From an uncultured bacterium (GTDB lineage Bacteria > Bacillota_I > Bacilli_A > RFN20 > CAG-826): 64,000 bases of DNA. The DNA lies in assembly GCA_949299165.1 (NCBI GenBank), contig CASFZJ010000002.1:4924-68923 (forward strand), read 5' to 3'. Positions 38,155-48,825 of the stretch are shown one piece after another. Each line of letters opens with the position of its first letter. Positions within the stretch are counted from its first letter, which is position 1. The notes beneath the pieces were generated by a model that saw nothing but the letters and a program-made list of their open reading frames with translations, had not been told where the DNA came from and searched no databases. The translations under genes were made by a program, and so were the position numbers.

Positions 38155-41130
38155 TTAAGGCTGAATAGGATTTCCTATATACAAAACATAATTCTTTAAA
38201 ATCATGAATAAGTCAACTGGATTATTGCCATCAGTTGAACCAGAAGCATTAAATATTCTTCCAGTTGTGCTACTACCACTATATTCATAATAAGCAATAG
38301 TTTGCCCAGTAACTGCATCAATAATTGGATAAGTTCTGGCAATCTTGTTGTCTGTGGTTAAATTAAAATAGTCATTTAAAGCTTTTAAGAAAGTAACATT
38401 CGGATTTTTGACATCATTTTCATTTGTAGTAAGCATCTCACCAAGATAAGTTTGGCCTTCCCAGATTAATGTCTTTTTTGTATAACTTCCTTGTGGTTCA
38501 CCAGTAATCAAGTCGTCCCCGGTTTGTTTATGGCTTACAAATGTTTTGCTTTCTTCGTCGCTAACTTTGAATTCAAAAGTACCAGGATTTTCATCAAATA
38601 GTTTAATAAAACTATTTGTGTGACGATTGATGTACATGTTGTAAACTCTAACAGTATTGCCATTAGGGCGTTGATAACTACCATTTGATACAAGCATAAT
38701 GTCATAAACTCCACGAGAGTAGAAATCTTTAAGTTTAAAGCCTTGTCTTTCTATAGTAGTTGTTGATCCATCGCTATTTTTAATAGTTCCAGTAGCATTC
38801 GCATTTTGAATAAACATGTCTTCTGATTTATCAACAATCGTGTTTTGGGAATAAAGCTCTATAGTTACTCCATCAGCTACTTCGTAAGATACATAATTAT
38901 TTGGAATAGAAAGACCACCTAAGTTCTTATCATTCCCATAATCATCAAAATTAGTTACAACATGCAATGAATCGTTAATGTATTGATTCGAGAATCTAAT
39001 TTGGAAATAAAGATGATTAACATATCTAAAGTCTGCGTTTTGAATGATATAAACATATGGGGAAGTAATTGTACGTTTGGTTGATTCTATTTGATTTCCA
39101 TTATCATCTTTATTATATGTTTCCACTCCACTGGCTATAACAAAGTTATCAGCGTTAATCATACCATTATGAATGCTTTCATCAATTGCGTTCCAATCTT
39201 GATCGGCTGTAGGAACGCCTTTTTCATCTTCTTTAATATCAATATTAGAAACAAGTCTCATGTTGGTGACTTTTTCGAGGTAGAGAGCAATAGGACGTTC
39301 TTGATAAGATGATTTTAAATCTAAACTATTGCACATATCTTTATAGTAATCGCCACTACCTATATTAGAATAAGTTAAAAGATTTTTCTCTCGAAGTTGG
39401 GTAAAAGCGCTATCCGCACTAACAGCATAATTGCCAATAGCACTTAAATTTTGCCATTCTTGTGTTTTTTCCTTAGGGAAATCTCTAGTATTATAATCGC
39501 TATTGTTACCTATAAAGAAATAGAACGTGTATAAGCCTTCACCATATCCATCAATAAAATCGTCAATTTGAGCAGAAGTTATTGTAAATTGTTGATACCA
39601 AGTTCCGCTAAATTCTCTATCATATGATGGACAAATATAAAAAGTTATAGATTCATAGTAATTTTTCTTTAACTCGAGATTTTTTAAAACAGCATAATTT
39701 ACATCATAATGAGCGGTTCTCCAATCTTCAATAACCGGCCCCGGCCAGGCATCATATTGAAAGGAATACTTATCAGAACAAGTATCACTAGAATAAGTTA
39801 ATTTTGTATTAATTGTAGCTTTTTCAACAGTAGGCACATTATTTTTATAAACATATTCAGCTTTAATCGCATCTCTGGCGCCTTCATTTAAATTTTTTGT
39901 AGTTGTATTTTTTCCATTACTAAAAACAGGATAAAGTCTTATAACACCATTTTCATCATATGAATCAGGATTTTGCATAATATCGAAAATGTTATCGACG
40001 TCTTTTGCGGTAAATCCATTTACAGCTGTTGTATAAGTCGATGCACTATTCAAATTATAAGTCCAAACATTAGATGTGAAATCAAAATAACCGTTATTAT
40101 CAAAACTAGCATTTAATAAGGTTGGCAAAATCTCACTTAAAGTGTCGGGAGTTAAATTGCCATTAACGGTAATTTTAATTGGTAAATATCTACTCCCACC
40201 AGTAAAATCACTAGGGATAAGATTCATATTATTTGAGTCTTCCCTATCATAAAAACTAGTCCAAAAGCCAAAACGATCGTTACGATATTGTCTTCTTTTT
40301 TGGAATTGTTCTTCATATCTTGTCTTATAACCATAATTGTCATTTTCTTCAGCAGAAAATAAATCTGATTGCGAACCATTAATAAATTTTTTTACTTGAC
40401 TATTTAATGGATCAGTCATACGAGCAATATGAAATTCATCAGTCGGAAAATTTAAATCAATTGAATAAGTATCGTTACCATAAATAGGCGAAAAAAATTC
40501 TTGTTTTTTATTAAGACCAGAATAATTCCCCTGAGAAGCACTATTAAAACTAGGATGATTAATAACGTATGGGTCGTTGCGATGATAAGACTGATTTTCT
40601 ACACCAGTATCTCTATTGAGAGTACCATCAGGCGCCAAATAATAAATACGATTATAATTCAAACTACTCGCTAAAAGACCGTTATATGTCTCATATTGAT
40701 TAGAACCATTTTGTGAACTAAAACTATTTCCGTTAAAACTAACCCCACGTCTCCCATCTGTAACAATATCATACATTACATCCCCATTTTGATCTGTTCT
40801 AGGAATACCAAAATCATCAAGTACTACTTCGTTATAACCAAAAACATTTTCCGGATCAGTAATTCCATCATGATAAAATTCGTTATATAAAGTAGATGGG
40901 AAGAAAATATAGGTATAGGTTCTATTTAGATTGCGTTTGGCACCAAATTCATAGTTTTCCAATATGTTATCAGCAAAGACTTCATCATCACTTCCCGTAG
41001 TTGTTGAGTTTTCGATAATGACTTCGTCTTTTGCTCCTTTGCCAAGATAAAACATTGAAAAACCAGTTGCAATAGCTGCAACAAATGTAATACCAATTAA
41101 AGAAAATAATAATTTAAATTTGTTAAACAT
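38155..41130 (-). CDS. Large secreted protein with SipW-cognate-like signal peptide
   Basis: N-terminal hydrophobic helix ending IATGFSMFYL; N/D/Y/T-rich body. Confidence 0.75.
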   Translation of the reverse strand: MFNKFKLLFSLIGITFVAAIATGFSMFYLGKGAKDEVIIENSTTTGSDDEVFADNILENYEFGAKRNLNRTYTYIFFPSTLYNEFYHDGITDPENVFGYNEVVLDDFGIPRTDQNGDVMYDIVTDGRRGVSFNGNSFSSQNGSNQYETYNGLLASSLNYNRIYYLAPDGTLNRDTGVENQSYHRNDPYVINHPSFNSASQGNYSGLNKKQEFFSPIYGNDTYSIDLNFPTDEFHIARMTDPLNSQVKKFINGSQSDLFSAEENDNYGYKTRYEEQFQKRRQYRNDRFGFWTSFYDREDSNNMNLIPSDFTGGSRYLPIKITVNGNLTPDTLSEILPTLLNASFDNNGYFDFTSNVWTYNLNSASTYTTAVNGFTAKDVDNIFDIMQNPDSYDENGVIRLYPVFSNGKNTTTKNLNEGARDAIKAEYVYKNNVPTVEKATINTKLTYSSDTCSDKYSFQYDAWPGPVIEDWRTAHYDVNYAVLKNLELKKNYYESITFYICPSYDREFSGTWYQQFTITSAQIDDFIDGYGEGLYTFYFFIGNNSDYNTRDFPKEKTQEWQNLSAIGNYAVSADSAFTQLREKNLLTYSNIGSGDYYKDMCNSLDLKSSYQERPIALYLEKVTNMRLVSNIDIKEDEKGVPTADQDWNAIDESIHNGMINADNFVIASGVETYNKDDNGNQIESTKRTITSPYVYIIQNADFRYVNHLYFQIRFSNQYINDSLHVVTNFDDYGNDKNLGGLSIPNNYVSYEVADGVTIELYSQNTIVDKSEDMFIQNANATGTIKNSDGSTTTIERQGFKLKDFYSRGVYDIMLVSNGSYQRPNGNTVRVYNMYINRHTNSFIKLFDENPGTFEFKVSDEESKTFVSHKQTGDDLITGEPQGSYTKKTLIWEGQTYLGEMLTTNENDVKNPNVTFLKALNDYFNLTTDNKIARTYPIIDAVTGQTIAYYEYSGSSTTGRIFNASGSTDGNNPVDLFMILKNYVLYIGNPIQP

Positions 41131-41145
41131 TTAATCATTACTCCT

Positions 41146-41928
41146 TTATATATAAGAGAAATAGCTAACTAAACGAATTCTAAATTCCCATTTGCCTTCA
41201 CTAGATGCATGAGATAAAGCATAAAACTTATCAAAATCTAATGGTTTCTTATCAGTGTTTTCATAACGTAAGAATTGATTTAAAGCAACTGAGTATTGAA
41301 TGTATTTTGTCTCATATGGTGTTTCACCACTAGAAACAGGAAACTGATCATTTCCTTCAGTGATTTCAAAATTAAGAGTAGTTTCAGCATATGATTCATT
41401 ATCAGTAATAAAGAAATAATAATCACCTTGGTTATTAATTTGTCGATAACCATAATTTGGATTTCTTAAGTTACTAGATATTTCTAGATAATCTTCCATT
41501 GGTTGACTTTGATCACCATTAGTAAGTAAATCAAACGCAATCCCAACATGTAATTTTAAACCAGTAACATTTTCATCAACTAAATCAGGATCTTCATAAT
41601 AATATCTAAAGATAAATGTTGAATCGGTGTCGGTTGTTGTTAAATCGTTTTGTTCATCGACAACTTTATTTGTATAAAAAGTGATTCCATCAAATAAACT
41701 AGATTCTCCAAGTGTTCCTTCTGAAAATACTAAAAGAGATGGGGATTGAACAATAACAAATGTGCCATCTTCAACTAAATTTGTAACTTTAACTTCGTTG
41801 CTAACTTTGTCGTTGGCTTTAGGAAGATCGCCATTAAAAGCCCATAAAGCAAAACCAGTTCCAATTATTGTCGCAACTCCAAGCGGCGCTACAACTAGCC
41901 CTATTAATTTATAAGGAGAAAACATCAT
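41146..41928 (-). CDS. Secreted protein with SipW-cognate-like signal peptide
   Basis: IIGTGFALWAF after a hydrophobic helix. Confidence 0.75.
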   Translation of the reverse strand: MMFSPYKLIGLVVAPLGVATIIGTGFALWAFNGDLPKANDKVSNEVKVTNLVEDGTFVIVQSPSLLVFSEGTLGESSLFDGITFYTNKVVDEQNDLTTTDTDSTFIFRYYYEDPDLVDENVTGLKLHVGIAFDLLTNGDQSQPMEDYLEISSNLRNPNYGYRQINNQGDYYFFITDNESYAETTLNFEITEGNDQFPVSSGETPYETKYIQYSVALNQFLRYENTDKKPLDFDKFYALSHASSEGKWEFRIRLVSYFSYI

Positions 41929-42983
41929 ATTTTCTCCACCACCCTTTTCATTTTCTTGCTTCTGATATCAAGAATAACTTTTTTCGCATCAATCTCTTTA
42001 GCGATTTCTTGAATACGTTTGTCGTAAGCTTTTTCGATGCAGCTTTCAGTTATTTGATAAGATAATAAGAATAAGAATGCAGCAAGTATTGCGATTAAAC
42101 CAATATTGCTTTGAACATATATAATTAAGACACCAAGTCCATAGTTTTCAAATCCATTAAATTCACCAACAATTTGATCAAAATCAACGACAAGTTCATA
42201 ACCTAGTGATTCAGTGTTGGCATCACCTCTAAACATATAAGTTGTAATGCCAGTTTCTGGATTAGTATAAATTCTAATTAATCTATGAATGATTAAAACA
42301 CCATCGTTATTTTTGAAACCATAAATGTTATAGAGTTTCATTTCGCTTTGTTCGTGAACTCTGTTTAATCCAATTAAGGAATATTGAGTAATTTGATCTT
42401 CAGGATCAGTTAAGCCTTCATCAAATAAATAATCATTTTCTTCATTTGCCGTTTCCATTGATCCTGTTAAAACTGTAACAAGCGTTGTATCACCAATATA
42501 AACTTCTTGATTGTTCAAGCGGAAAGTTAAAGCGACTGCAAAGAAACAAAGGAAAATAACATAAAAAATAGCGAAGAAGACATTAGACATAACTTTATAT
42601 TTCTTTGATTTTCTTTTTTCTTCAAAGATTGCTTCTAGAACAGTTGTTGGTTCGCTAGGTTGCTCAACTTGTTTTTCACCAACAAGGACGAACGTTTTTA
42701 CGTTTTCCATATCTTGAAGCATTACATAATCAGGTTCATTAGCATTTTTAAAATGTTCAACATCTGAAATTTTTAAATCTTCTTCAGCTCTTTTCTTTAT
42801 AATATCTTTATATTTTTTTCTTAAACTATCTTCTAATTTCTTGTCTTCATGACCATATGAAATATGTTTGACTTTGTAAAATCCATAAATAGCAAAAAGA
42901 ATAGCAAACATTAAAGCTAATCCAATAATGACTGCTATTGATACATAAAAAGCTACATTACCTAATATTTCTTGGCCAGACAT
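41925..42983 (-). CDS. SipW/ER-type signal peptidase I (S26) with extended N-terminus
   Basis: VLTGSME (Ser), IIHRL (His), RGDAN. Confidence 0.85.
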   Translation of the reverse strand: MSGQEILGNVAFYVSIAVIIGLALMFAILFAIYGFYKVKHISYGHEDKKLEDSLRKKYKDIIKKRAEEDLKISDVEHFKNANEPDYVMLQDMENVKTFVLVGEKQVEQPSEPTTVLEAIFEEKRKSKKYKVMSNVFFAIFYVIFLCFFAVALTFRLNNQEVYIGDTTLVTVLTGSMETANEENDYLFDEGLTDPEDQITQYSLIGLNRVHEQSEMKLYNIYGFKNNDGVLIIHRLIRIYTNPETGITTYMFRGDANTESLGYELVVDFDQIVGEFNGFENYGLGVLIIYVQSNIGLIAILAAFLFLLSYQITESCIEKAYDKRIQEIAKEIDAKKVILDIRSKKMKRVVEKI

Positions 42984-43010
42984 CTAATAAATCCTTTAAT
43001 AGATATTGAA

Positions 43011-43037
43011 ATGTATGGGACATGGAGTCCCATACAT
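43011..43037 (-). terminator. Strong intra-operon hairpin (leaky terminator or mRNA stabiliser)
   Basis: atgtatgggac-atgga-gtcccatacat, perfect 11-bp stem. Confidence 0.7.
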
Positions 43038-43067
43038 AAGTTAGTTAAATAAAGTTAATGAGAATAA

Positions 43068-43919
43068 TTAAGCACCTGGTGTCAAATCTGCAACTAAACC
43101 AATTGAATAGTTGATAACAAAATGTTCACCCACAGGTTTATTCACAGTTAAATCGTGAACCATTGCATTATATTCATAAGTTGTTGTTGGTTTACCGCCA
43201 GTTAAATAACCGCCCTCGTCTGTTGTTTTTTCTTTATATGTAAGATAAGAATTTACTAAACCACCATTTTCTTCTGCTTCTTTTGTAGCGACATCCATTG
43301 TTAAAGTCCAAGTATCACTAGTTTCTGTAGTGTAATATTCTAAACTTGGATAGTATACGTAAGAATAGGTAGTATAAACATCGCCTTTTGTTTCATCTGT
43401 AATGCCGAATTTCACATCAGTTCCGAAACCTTCTACAATTCTTGTAACGCTAAATTCAGCATCTTGATTAACTTCAACATACTTTAATAAAGGATTTGAA
43501 ATTTGAATATCAACTCTAATTTCAATCTTTAATTCGTTTGCTTTTAATCTTGCTAAATTTAATGTTGCATCATCATAAGTAGCATCAATTTTTAAATCAA
43601 AGGCAGTTTGTGCTGTGGCATCAGTTGCGTCAGCATAATTTGTAAAGAAAATACCTCTATCTGTGTAATTACCTGCATTAACATCTGCACCGCCTTGATC
43701 TAAGACTAATTTAGTGCCTTCTTTAACATCACTTGCATCATTGAGAACAATTTCTAAATTACTTGTTGTAATTGTATCGCCGAAATCAACAGCGATGCCG
43801 TTTTTTCCATCATCGCCAATGACTGTATCACTAAAATACCATGCACTAAAACCACTACCGACGAGTGTTGCGCATCCAACGATAGGTAAAACTACTGCTA
43901 AAAATTTTCTTTTCATCAT
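43068..43919 (-). CDS. Secreted acidic protein with SipW-cognate-like signal peptide (candidate major subunit)
   Basis: MMKRKFLAVVLPIVGCATLVGSGFSAWYF. Confidence 0.78.
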   Translation of the reverse strand: MMKRKFLAVVLPIVGCATLVGSGFSAWYFSDTVIGDDGKNGIAVDFGDTITTSNLEIVLNDASDVKEGTKLVLDQGGADVNAGNYTDRGIFFTNYADATDATAQTAFDLKIDATYDDATLNLARLKANELKIEIRVDIQISNPLLKYVEVNQDAEFSVTRIVEGFGTDVKFGITDETKGDVYTTYSYVYYPSLEYYTTETSDTWTLTMDVATKEAEENGGLVNSYLTYKEKTTDEGGYLTGGKPTTTYEYNAMVHDLTVNKPVGEHFVINYSIGLVADLTPGA

Positions 43920-44274
43920 AAATTTTCCTCATTTCTATTTCTGCTAATAATTTTAATGAAATTAAAAACTTTCAAAAATATTAAAAAGTAAAGAGGGGGG
44001 GGCACTTCTTATTGCAAAGTTTTTGCAATTATTATGAATAAGTTTGCAATTTTCATATTTTTCAAAATTTACTCCCTTTAATCTTTTAAATTTCTTTACA
44101 ATTTGAGGTCAAAATTAATTAATTTTTTAGAATTTAATTCGACAAGTGTTGACCTAGATTTTCTCTTTTCTTCTTAGAAGAAAAAATAACACTATTCTAA
44201 TATTAAATTTACTACCATATATCCATAATAAATTGACAGATCACTTTTTTTGATACACTTTTTTAAAGCAAGAT

Positions 44275-44910
44275 ATGGCACACTATTTCAAACACTTTCA
44301 CACAATTATGAAACATAAATGGTTAGTAATGGTTCATTCATTTAAATGTGGTATTCCTCTAAGAGGAATACTTCATGATTTAAGTAAGTTTTCACCAAGT
44401 GAATTTATTCCTAGCGCTAAATACTACAATGGCCATTACTCTCCAATAGTTAACGAAAGAAGAAATAAAGGATTATATTCAAGTGTTTTTACTCACCACA
44501 CCAATCATAATAAACACCATTTTGAATATTGGATTTCTGAATATAAAGGCGATTTTGTTTTAAAAGCGATGCCATATAAATATGCACTTGAATATGTTTG
44601 TGACATGATTGCTGCAAGTAAAACCTATCTTGGTAAAGAATATAAAAAAGATGAACCTCTTAAATTCTTCTTGTCTCGTTATGACCACTATTTAATGCAT
44701 TCAGCAACCAAGGAATTTGTCAATACTTTGTTAACTAAATATGCCGAAAAAGGATTTAAATCCATCAAGAAAAAGGAAACTAAGAAAATATACGAAAATA
44801 TTTCCAAAAAATTTCCAAATAATGAATATATTCGTTGCTATTCGTTAAATAATGAATTTATAAAGGAAGAAATAAACCAAGAATTTATAAAGAAACAGAA
44901 TGAAAGGTAA
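44275..44910 (+). CDS. DUF5662-like HD-type protein
   Basis: HKWLV, LHDLSK, HHTNHNKHHFEYW, CDMIAA. Confidence 0.82.
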   Translation: MAHYFKHFHTIMKHKWLVMVHSFKCGIPLRGILHDLSKFSPSEFIPSAKYYNGHYSPIVNERRNKGLYSSVFTHHTNHNKHHFEYWISEYKGDFVLKAMPYKYALEYVCDMIAASKTYLGKEYKKDEPLKFFLSRYDHYLMHSATKEFVNTLLTKYAEKGFKSIKKKETKKIYENISKKFPNNEYIRCYSLNNEFIKEEINQEFIKKQNER

Positions 44911-44918
44911 GTATAAAT

Positions 44919-45680
44919 ATGGATAAGAAAACAAGAAAATTTAATGAGTTGAAGCTTTTAAGAATTTTTAAAAATAATCGCTCATATGCACTAAATTTTA
45001 TAAGACGCAGCCTTGCTCATCTTTCAGAAGAAAAAATAAAAGATGAACTTGATATACATGGAAATATTCCTGACATAAAAGAGCCAAAATTTACTTTTGA
45101 TGAACTTATCAATAAATTAGATTCACTTGGCACAATAAAAGCTAAGAAAACAATTCACTACGAATATTATGATTCAGGCGATGAAATCTTAACTACTATT
45201 GATTTTAAAAATAAAAAGGATGAAAAGTTAATTTACGGCGCCTTAGATTATATTAAATATGCATATAAAATCTCAGAATATAAAAATGTGATTATATTAT
45301 TTAAAAAACTTAAATCACTATCATTAGATGCTAATGTTTATCAAGAATTTAGCAAAAAATTATATTCTCAAGAGCTTACCAATTTAATCGATTTAGATAT
45401 TTTAGATTTAGACATATATCTTCCTTTGCTTTTAATAAGTATCATAAGATCAAAAGATGTTGATTCAATTAAAATGTTATTTCGCCTTGATTTAAACAAC
45501 AATACTTTTTCTTTATTAGAAGAAGATGATAAAGTTGTTTTAAATGAACTTATTGAAAAATACTTTGAGATCGCTCTAAATAACAAAGTAACTAATCGCG
45601 CAAAATATACATATTACTTGATTCAAGAATATCTTAAAAATGGTTATCTTGAAGATGAAGAATTAATATTTGCCAATTAA
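44919..45680 (+). CDS. Hypothetical protein
   Basis: 253-aa ORF downstream of the DUF5662-like gene. Confidence 0.7.
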   Translation: MDKKTRKFNELKLLRIFKNNRSYALNFIRRSLAHLSEEKIKDELDIHGNIPDIKEPKFTFDELINKLDSLGTIKAKKTIHYEYYDSGDEILTTIDFKNKKDEKLIYGALDYIKYAYKISEYKNVIILFKKLKSLSLDANVYQEFSKKLYSQELTNLIDLDILDLDIYLPLLLISIIRSKDVDSIKMLFRLDLNNNTFSLLEEDDKVVLNELIEKYFEIALNNKVTNRAKYTYYLIQEYLKNGYLEDEELIFAN

Positions 45681-45754
45681 TTTAACTTAATAAAAAGCTA
45701 CAAGTCTACCACTTAAGTAAAACTTGTAGCCAATTATAGAAATAAATAATTTAA

Positions 45755-46801
45755 TTAGAGAGTTTTAACAACCTTTTTCTCTTCTTTTTCCTTTTGTCTC
45801 TCTAATTCGGCTTTTTGGAAATTATATCCATCTAAGCAAGCATCTTTAATGTCGTAAAGACATTTAAAACCAAGTTCATTTTCTGCTTTTTCAGTTGCAG
45901 CGTAGTTAATTGGTACATCTCCTGCTCTACGAGGAGCAAATTTATAAGGAATTTTGACTCCTGTTGCTTCTTCATAAGCGTGGATAACTTCAAGAACGCT
46001 TGTCCCTTTTCCTGTGCCTAAGTTATAAATAACTAAACCAGGATTTGTTTCAAGTTTTCTCAAAGCTAATACGTGACCTCTTGCAAGATCTACAACGTGA
46101 ATATAATCTCTAACGCCAGTTCCATCAACTGTTTCATAATCATTACCATAGACACTTAATTCCTTTAAAACACCAACGGCGACTTTGTTGATATATGGTA
46201 ATAAATTATTTGGAATACCATTTGGATCTTCACCAAGTAAACCAGATTTATGTGCACCAATTGGGTTAAAGTATCTAAGTATAGCAATGTTCCGCTCTTT
46301 ATGGATGAAAGCCATATCTTTTAAGATTCTTTCAATCATGACTTTAGTTTCGCCATATGGAGAAGTTGCATCTTTTACAGGTGAATCTTCAGTTAATGGG
46401 ACTCTATCTGGTAAGCCATAAACTGTGGCGCTTGATGAAAAAACAAAATTTCTAACATCATATTTTTCCATCGCTCTAAATAAAGCAAAACAGATATCAA
46501 GATTATTTTGGTAATAATTTAAAGGTAATTTAACGCTTTCACCAACTGCTTTATATCCTGCAAAATTGATGATTGCATCAAAATGTTCATTTTTAAATAA
46601 TTCATCCATGTCACTAACACTTGTACAATCAAGTTTATAAAATTTAGGTCTTGTGCCTGTTATTTTTTCAATTCCATCGAGTGCGTCCATTTTTGAGTTA
46701 TAAAGATTATCAACAATCACTACTTCGTATCCATTTTCAAGTAAAGAGACGACAGTGTGAGAACCAATAAATCCAAGTCCGCCAGTAACTAAAACTTTCA
46801 T
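45755..46801 (-). CDS. galE: UDP-glucose 4-epimerase
   Basis: TGGLGFIGSH, KAVGES, SSSATVYG, YGETK, LRYFNPIGAH. Confidence 0.97.
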   Translation of the reverse strand: MKVLVTGGLGFIGSHTVVSLLENGYEVVIVDNLYNSKMDALDGIEKITGTRPKFYKLDCTSVSDMDELFKNEHFDAIINFAGYKAVGESVKLPLNYYQNNLDICFALFRAMEKYDVRNFVFSSSATVYGLPDRVPLTEDSPVKDATSPYGETKVMIERILKDMAFIHKERNIAILRYFNPIGAHKSGLLGEDPNGIPNNLLPYINKVAVGVLKELSVYGNDYETVDGTGVRDYIHVVDLARGHVLALRKLETNPGLVIYNLGTGKGTSVLEVIHAYEEATGVKIPYKFAPRRAGDVPINYAATEKAENELGFKCLYDIKDACLDGYNFQKAELERQKEKEEKKVVKTL

Positions 46802-46816
46802 AAATTCCTCCTTTAA

Positions 46817-47461
46817 CTATCTATTACTAAGTTTTTTTGCTTCCTTATCTAATATTTTCTTTTCAAGAAGTTTTTCCTTCTTGTCTTCTTTTAAGGCAGA
46901 AGAAGGTAAAACAGTTTCGCTAAGATAATTCATAATTGAATCAGCGATGATCTTTTTAGTTGAACTTTCAATATAAAGTCTTAAAGCTTTGTTTGCTAAT
47001 TTTTTTGAAAAGTCTTCTTCGCTAAGTGATTCATGAAGATTTTTAATCTCTTCTTTTAAAGGAGAGCTAGTTCTCATTACGGACTCTTCTTCAAGCTCTT
47101 TACAAAAAGTGTATAACTCTTCTTTATTTCCAGAATAAGCTTTATCAAAAGAAAATAAAGAAGCGATGTTTTTTAGTGAAGTTATGTTTTTAAGTAGACT
47201 AATAAATAAAATGTAGCCAATTTGTTCATTTGTATAATGTTTATCAATTGGTGAAGAAACAATTTTTGCCTTAACATAATTATTAATCATATAATTAGTG
47301 ACTAAATTGTTATCGTCATTATAAAAAGGAGCCAAAATTTCATTTAAATAGTTAATTGTTTCTTCCATTTTGATATTATTTGGAATTTCTAAATAATTTG
47401 GAAGTTTATATCCATTTAAAGTATCAAGATAATCGATTAAATCTTCAAGTTTTTGCTTCAT
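46817..47461 (-). CDS. DUF1836-like protein
   Basis: LPNYLEIP...TNYMINNYVKAKIVSSP...Y. Confidence 0.78.
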   Translation of the reverse strand: MKQKLEDLIDYLDTLNGYKLPNYLEIPNNIKMEETINYLNEILAPFYNDDNNLVTNYMINNYVKAKIVSSPIDKHYTNEQIGYILFISLLKNITSLKNIASLFSFDKAYSGNKEELYTFCKELEEESVMRTSSPLKEEIKNLHESLSEEDFSKKLANKALRLYIESSTKKIIADSIMNYLSETVLPSSALKEDKKEKLLEKKILDKEAKKLSNR

Positions 47462-47658
47462 CTTTTTATTCTACTACATTTGGGTAAAGAATATAAGGTA
47501 GCGAAATTAATCACGAGGTGCTTTTCTTGAAGACTATTCCGAGTAAGAAGTAGCAAATAATGAATTAAAGTCACTTATACTTTTGGTCTCTGAATTTCTT
47601 TGCTTTTTGAACAAATAATTAGAAAATAATTCGAGATTTGCATGGTTTTTGCTTTAAA

Positions 47659-47760
47659 TTAAGCAATTATTGAAACGAAAATAGGAAAAATAAAATGAAA
47701 ATTTATCTTGAGCCAAACTGCTCTTAACAAGAATTCATTTTGTGAAAAATTAATGTCCAT
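47659..47760 (-). pseudogene. Truncated third gene of the module (33 aa)
   Basis: ATG overlaps the upstream gene end exactly as in the 55108 module; MDINFSQNEFLLRAVW then an early stop. Confidence 0.45.
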
Positions 47761-48226
47761 AATATCTTTTAACAACTTCGATAAGTTCTTTATCTGTAAT
47801 TTTTTTCGTAATAGTTTTATTAGATTTTTTCAAAATCGAAAACATTTTAATATTGTTTTTTTCAAAAATTTCAAATTCTAAATAAAAATCACCAATTTTT
47901 TCATATTCTAATTGAATGCTATTTCTCGCCGTAGGAAAAATATCTGGCTGTGAATCTAATTTATCAATAATTGTTCTTGCATATTCAACTAATTCTTTTG
48001 AAAATCGTTTGGCTCCATATTGATTCCAATTATCACTTAAACTAGCAATCCTATTTAGCGTTTCATAACTTTGAATCTTACATAAATCAATATTTCTTGT
48101 ATCAAAATTTTGTTTTGGACTATTATCGGTGCCAACAGAATTAGGAATAATATCAATATTATTAAATGAATAAGAAAAGTTGCGATTATTTTTTGAATAA
48201 TCTGATGCTGATAGAATTAGATTCAT
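47750..48226 (-). CDS. Hypothetical protein, paralogue of 54648..55130
   Basis: SLSDNWNQYGA...QPDIFPTAR...FEIFE. Confidence 0.8.
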   Translation of the reverse strand: MNLILSASDYSKNNRNFSYSFNNIDIIPNSVGTDNSPKQNFDTRNIDLCKIQSYETLNRIASLSDNWNQYGAKRFSKELVEYARTIIDKLDSQPDIFPTARNSIQLEYEKIGDFYLEFEIFEKNNIKMFSILKKSNKTITKKITDKELIEVVKRYYGH

Positions 48227-48639
48227 ATCCTTTTTCCTCCTTCAACTGTTATTAATCTTTCGCCAAGTAATTCATCATTAAGATAAATCTTGGTTGAATA
48301 TAAACCACTTTCTTTAAAAAGAATATTTTTAAACTCAAATCTTAAGTTTATGCTAGTTAAGTTTTTATCGTTAATTTCTTCTTTTTTAACTTTAGGAATA
48401 GTAATTTCGCCAGAATTAAATAAAATTTCTTTTGTCCCGAAATCTTGTTGAAAAACAAGTTTTATTTTGTTTTCTTTTTCATTATCAACACCTAAAAGCG
48501 AAAATACGACTGAAAAAGTAATGGCTCCAGGTAAACAATCTGATTTTAAAGCGCACAAAACATTCAATGCATTAATTGCATTAAGGTCACTAGATATTTG
48601 GCTATCTGCACAATAAACAAAGTTTGTTAAAGTTACCAT
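48223..48639 (-). CDS. DUF6941-like protein, paralogue of 54272..54664
   Basis: TNFVYC...NILFKESG...DELLGE. Confidence 0.75.
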   Translation of the reverse strand: MVTLTNFVYCADSQISSDLNAINALNVLCALKSDCLPGAITFSVVFSLLGVDNEKENKIKLVFQQDFGTKEILFNSGEITIPKVKKEEINDKNLTSINLRFEFKNILFKESGLYSTKIYLNDELLGERLITVEGGKRI

Positions 48640-48674
48640 AATCACCTCTTGTTTTTATTATAATTTAAAATTAG

Positions 48675-48825
48675 GTGAACGACTATTGGAGAAAGAGCTG
48701 TCGTTCGTGATCGTTTGTTCATATTCTCTAAAGAGCTTCTTGCTTCATAGATGCCACTATTTCAGGTATTTCATCTCCACAAGCTTGAATTCCGGGCATG
48801 ACTTCCGTACTGAATTTAATAGCTG
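48675..48825 (-). ncRNA. Orphan omegaRNA-like scaffold (no tnpB)
   Basis: 48775-48820 matches 22534-22579 at 40/46 nt; a second block at 48737-48747 matches 22490-22500. Confidence 0.7.
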
